Of a stretch of 64,000 nt of DNA, positions 60,102 to 64,000 are shown piece by piece. The stretch's first letter is position 1, and each line of letters begins with the position of its first letter. This DNA comes from Moniliella sp. 'wahieum' (taxonomy: Eukaryota), in assembly GCA_003971905.1 (NCBI GenBank), contig RSEE01000008.1, positions 434,001 to 498,000 on the forward strand, in the 5' to 3' direction. Position numbers and translations under genes: made by a program. The notes below the pieces were generated by a model. It was not told the DNA's origin. It saw only the letters and a program-made list of their open reading frames with translations, and searched no databases.

Positions 60102-63100
60102 TCAAGGACCCACTGCAGCGAATTTAGCCAGGACATCAATAATGTTGGCTGGAAGGTCCACGTGCCAATGGGCAATCGTTTTCTTGTCGCGGGGCCAACA
60201 GTGACCGTGTAGAGACTGAACGGGTGTCCCGACTCGAGGAAGGGCATCGGGCTAACGGTACCACCAGGGTGCGATGAGGCAGGTGCGCGAGAATAATTTC
60301 GTGCCATCGCCGTCTCCCACGGGTGCGGGACCAAGTCGTCATCTGACGCACCAAAGTCCTCACACAGCGGCATCGTCCTTTTGAATCTTGTTCTCAATCG
60401 CCTCTTCGCGTGGGTCCAGATCGGGGGAGTGGTGCCGTCGACCCACTCCGGATTCAAACGGCCTCGTTCGCGTTTTCGGGTGCTCCAGCGGGCTCTGCCA
60501 GACCCTCCAGCATGGGCGAAGCAGGACTGCGGGGCCGACTGGAGGAGACAGCATTGCCAGCTTTCCCCAGCCCGGTTGACTGCCGTCAGCGCACGGAACA
60601 TGTCCTCATCCGTCTTGTCGTCCCCAGCGCATAGGACAAACTGAGCAGAGGGATGAGCAGCAAGGATGCGCTTGACAATCTCTCCCTTGTTCACCGCGAG
60701 CGGGCGAACCTCAAGGTTTTTCTTGCCGACCATGACCTCAATTGGCAAACTGTTGAAACTCAACATGTTCTCGAGGTGTGCTTGGCATTCCTTGGCTTGG
60801 AACGAGCCAAAGTCGGGGTCGAGCCGCGGTAGTGCCACGTAATAGAACTCTTCTTCTCCTCGATGCGGAGCCCGCAGTGCGCTGAAAAAGGATGTTAGTA
60901 TCAAGTCAAATGCGAACCAAAAAAGGAGAAGCAAAGGAAAACATACCTCAGTGTAGTACTCAAAGATGGCTCGGATGTCTTTTTTCCAGGTCATGTCAAG
61001 GTCCTTGGTAATGTTGATCCATGGCTGGCCCGCGCCGGGCTCCTTGATGAAGGAGCCATGCTCGGCCGAGAACCCAATGTTGTCCAGATGCCCCAAGTGT
61101 TGGCTGAGGAACTTTTGGTCGCGACCCGAGATGATAAAGATCACATTCCGTGGGTCGGCACTGAGCTGGGCCAGCGTTTTAATCAGTCGGTCGGAGGGCA
61201 AGGCCATTTCAGGCACGCGCACAATTGGCGTCAACGTCCCATCGTAGTCCAACATAATCAACCGTTGACCCGATCCACCTGGGTTGGATCCCACCGCCGC
61301 CACCCAATCCGACTGGATGGCCTTCAGGTCCAGCTCGGGGGTGAGGTGAGACGTCTCTTCTCCATGCAGCAGGTGAACCATCTGACGAATCAAAGTAGCT
61401 GCCCAAGTATGCGAGGTGTGCAGAGTGACTTGGTCGTAGGCGTGACGGTGGCGCAGCTCCTTCTCTTCCGGGCCGATGGTGAGACCTTCGTTGATCGCCT
61501 TGGCCACCCCCACGTGTTCCAGGGGTTGACTTGGATCGCAGTGCGCAGCCGACTGGCAGTGCCGGTAAACTCGGAAAGGACGAGGGGAGACTTTTTGCCG
61601 TACTGCTCTTGGCAAATGACATATTCCATCGACGTTGCGTTCATCCCGTCCCGCACCGACGTGACCAAGGCCAAGTCGGCCACACTCAACAGAGCAAAGT
61701 ACTCGTCTCGGTCAACGATCTGGTGGTAGTGGTGAACCGGGGCAAAGGACAAGGAACCAAACTCCGAGTTAATCTGGGACACGAGCTCGCTCACCTCCCG
61801 CTCCAGCGCGGGCGAGTCGTGCACCGCAGGCGCAGTGACTTGGATCAAGACCACTTTGCCTCTCCACTCGGGTACTCGTCCAGCAGCTTCTTGAACGCTT
61901 GCATCTTTTGCGCCACCCCACGTACCACATCCAACTTGTCCCGACCAACAATGATCTTTTTGTCCTTGTACATCCGCTTGAACGCCTCGATCTTTGGCAC
62001 CACACCAGGCGACATGGCTTCACTCGCGATGCGCGCCGCGTCAATCCCTACCGGGTTGTAGCTGATTGAAGTAACTTGACCATTCGTCGACTCAACAGTG
62101 TTGAAAGAGGCATCGAACCCACACACGCGAATGCACGAAGACAAGAAGTGGCGCGAGTAGGAGAAGGCTTGGAAGCAGGCCAAGTCGGCGCCAAGCATTC
62201 CCTCAAGAATCTCAGTCCGCTTGGGCAGGCAACGGAACACTTCACTCGAAGGGAAGGGTGCGTGCATAAAGAACGTAATGTGAGCGTCGGGAACCAGCGT
62301 GCGCAGCATCTTGGGCACCAAGAGAAGGTGATAATCGTGCACAATGACCATGTCTCCGGGCTGGTACTCTTGCGCTACACGCTGGGCAAACGCCTCATTC
62401 GCCTTGTAGTACGTCCCACGTTGAATTGTCCCAAGTCGAGCATTGACCGGGTTGACATCCTCCCACAAAAGGTAGTGCAGGAGAGGCCAAGAACCGTTTT
62501 GCAGTACCCCTCATAGAAACCGTGGGCCACCTTGGAGTCCATCCAGACCGGAACGTACTTGATCCCATGGGCCTCGTCCCCACCAAGCTGTACTTGTTCC
62601 TCAAACTCTTCCCTCCGCTCCTCTTTGGCCGCTGATGTGGCAGTGCGGAAGAGCTTGTGAAACGAGAGGGGGCAACGGACTCAGGCACCGTCTTAGACTT
62701 CAATAACGGGAGGACTGCTTCGGCGTGGGATTTGGTGCAGCGGACTCGGGGCCGTCCGTGCTCTCAGCATTGAAAGAGTCAATGCCCGGGCTTTCCAGAT
62801 CGCTCAGCGCCTTTTCGATCTGTTCCTTCTCCTCGTCGGTTAACTGGGCAGTCTCCGTACGCACGTCACCCAGCGCCTTGGACGCAAAGACAATGTCGCC
62901 GGGCCAACCAATAAAAGTCTGCTTGTGGGTCATGCATAGGCTGCGTACACCACTGTTAATGGCCGTGTGGCCACGGCGAGGAGTGAACACCCACTTCTCC
63001 GAGGTGAACGTGCTGTCCCGTGGCTCGGACGAATACGTCGCTTCAAAGTCTTCTCCCGGAGCGGCAGAAGAAGGCTCCGTGGAGGATAAAGGGCCGGTAG

Positions 63101-64000
63101 AAGAGGGTTCGTCGTGGCTCTTCACTTCATTGCGCAAGCCGGTCGGCGGAGCCAGAGGACCCTGAGCATCGTTCAAGCACCGTTCGGTGAGTGCGGGCTG
63201 GCATGATCAGAGCTTATCGGCGGCGTATCCATCGGGGTGAACCGGTCCTTGAGATCATCCGTCTGCAGGTGCGCGTCGTTGGGATCAGCCGCATCGTGAT
63301 CCATCCAGGCCCGCCGGCCCGCACAGGCCTTGGCTCGCTGTTGGTTTTCCTCAAACAAGGCGTACATGTCTTGCCCTTCGAGGCCATGAAGCGCCATGTG
63401 AGAGGCCTGGTTGTCGACGTCACCTTTCTGGGCAGGTAGACCGTGTCCCTGCGGACATCTTCATGTGCATATCCGTCAGGATCGCTTCACGGCGAGCATC
63501 CGCCGCCCGAGCTACATTCCGGGATCGGGATGCTGCAGCAATGGCAGCCATGTTCTGCCGGGCCTCTTCCTGCTCTTGCTGAAGACGTTCATATTCCACC
63601 TCGGCAGCCGCATGAACCACAAAGGGAATGGAGTGGCTCACGTGAATGATACGGCCGGAGAGCGGGGTGTGGCCCATCTGGTTCGAATAGGCCTGCTCCA
63701 ACTCGGCGAGGGAGGAGCGGATTTGGCTGATAGTTTCGAACTGAGGCCACTCATCCTTTGGGTTGAGGTGAACATCGGCAGCAGCCGCAATGTTTTCGAT
63801 GCTGTTCTTGTGCGGGTGGCTGCCGACGCTCGTTCGGTAGGTACTTCCGGCGGACTGTGGCAGAGCATGAGATCCAAGGGAGAAGGAAAGCTTGATGGAG
63901 TATGCGATCCATGTTGAGGTACATTAACCTCACTTATCGTAGGCGAGGGAGGCGGGGCGAGCGTCTCCAACCCTGACAGCGAGGCAATCGTGGGGGGTAA
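60102..64000 (-). CDS. TPS2: Trehalose-6-phosphate phosphatase (GT20-like domain plus HAD domain); start at or beyond the window edge; frameshifted
   Basis: RIIHVSHSIPF, RRGHTA, FYEGYCK..LWPLLHY, VHDYHLLLVP, GRDKLD, SVRDGMN, LSEFTG, intact HAD DYDGTLTPIV, SAEHG and GDDKTDEDMF. Intron 60882-60946. Confidence 0.93.

Overview
Gene-dense fungal nuclear DNA, most likely a basidiomycete of the Ustilaginomycotina type. This is inferred from few short introns (52-81 nt, GTACGY/GTRAGT donors, CTRAC branch points) and from the protein families. About 18 protein-coding genes can be reconstructed: sugar porter (3' end), a hypothetical protein, velvet protein, NRDE-2, TAP-like alpha/beta hydrolase, GH5 glucanase, MetR/CYS-3-like bZIP, PhyH dioxygenase, B-type cyclin, NST1, COG7, GNAT, Kin4-like kinase, carboxypeptidase Y, Soa1/AstA-like MFS permease, DUF1769 protein, Dad3, a Gly-rich protein, MSH6 and TPS2. 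Many carry 1-bp frameshifts at homopolymers, which look like unpolished long-read errors rather than pseudogenisation. The most unusual signal is non-coding. Intergenic and promoter regions repeatedly contain short 7-bp-period arrays with a shared grammar, T-N-A plus a usually palindromic 4-mer (CGCG, CATG, TGCA, ACGT, TCGA, GCGC, GTAC, CTAG, CCGG, AGCT, AATT). In one ~100-bp array TCA stays in phase while the spacer changes. There is also a probable TE-derived island at ~16-20.6 kb and an 11-bp minisatellite attached to an orphan ORF fragment at ~44.7-45.3 kb. All family calls come from motif recognition, not database searches.
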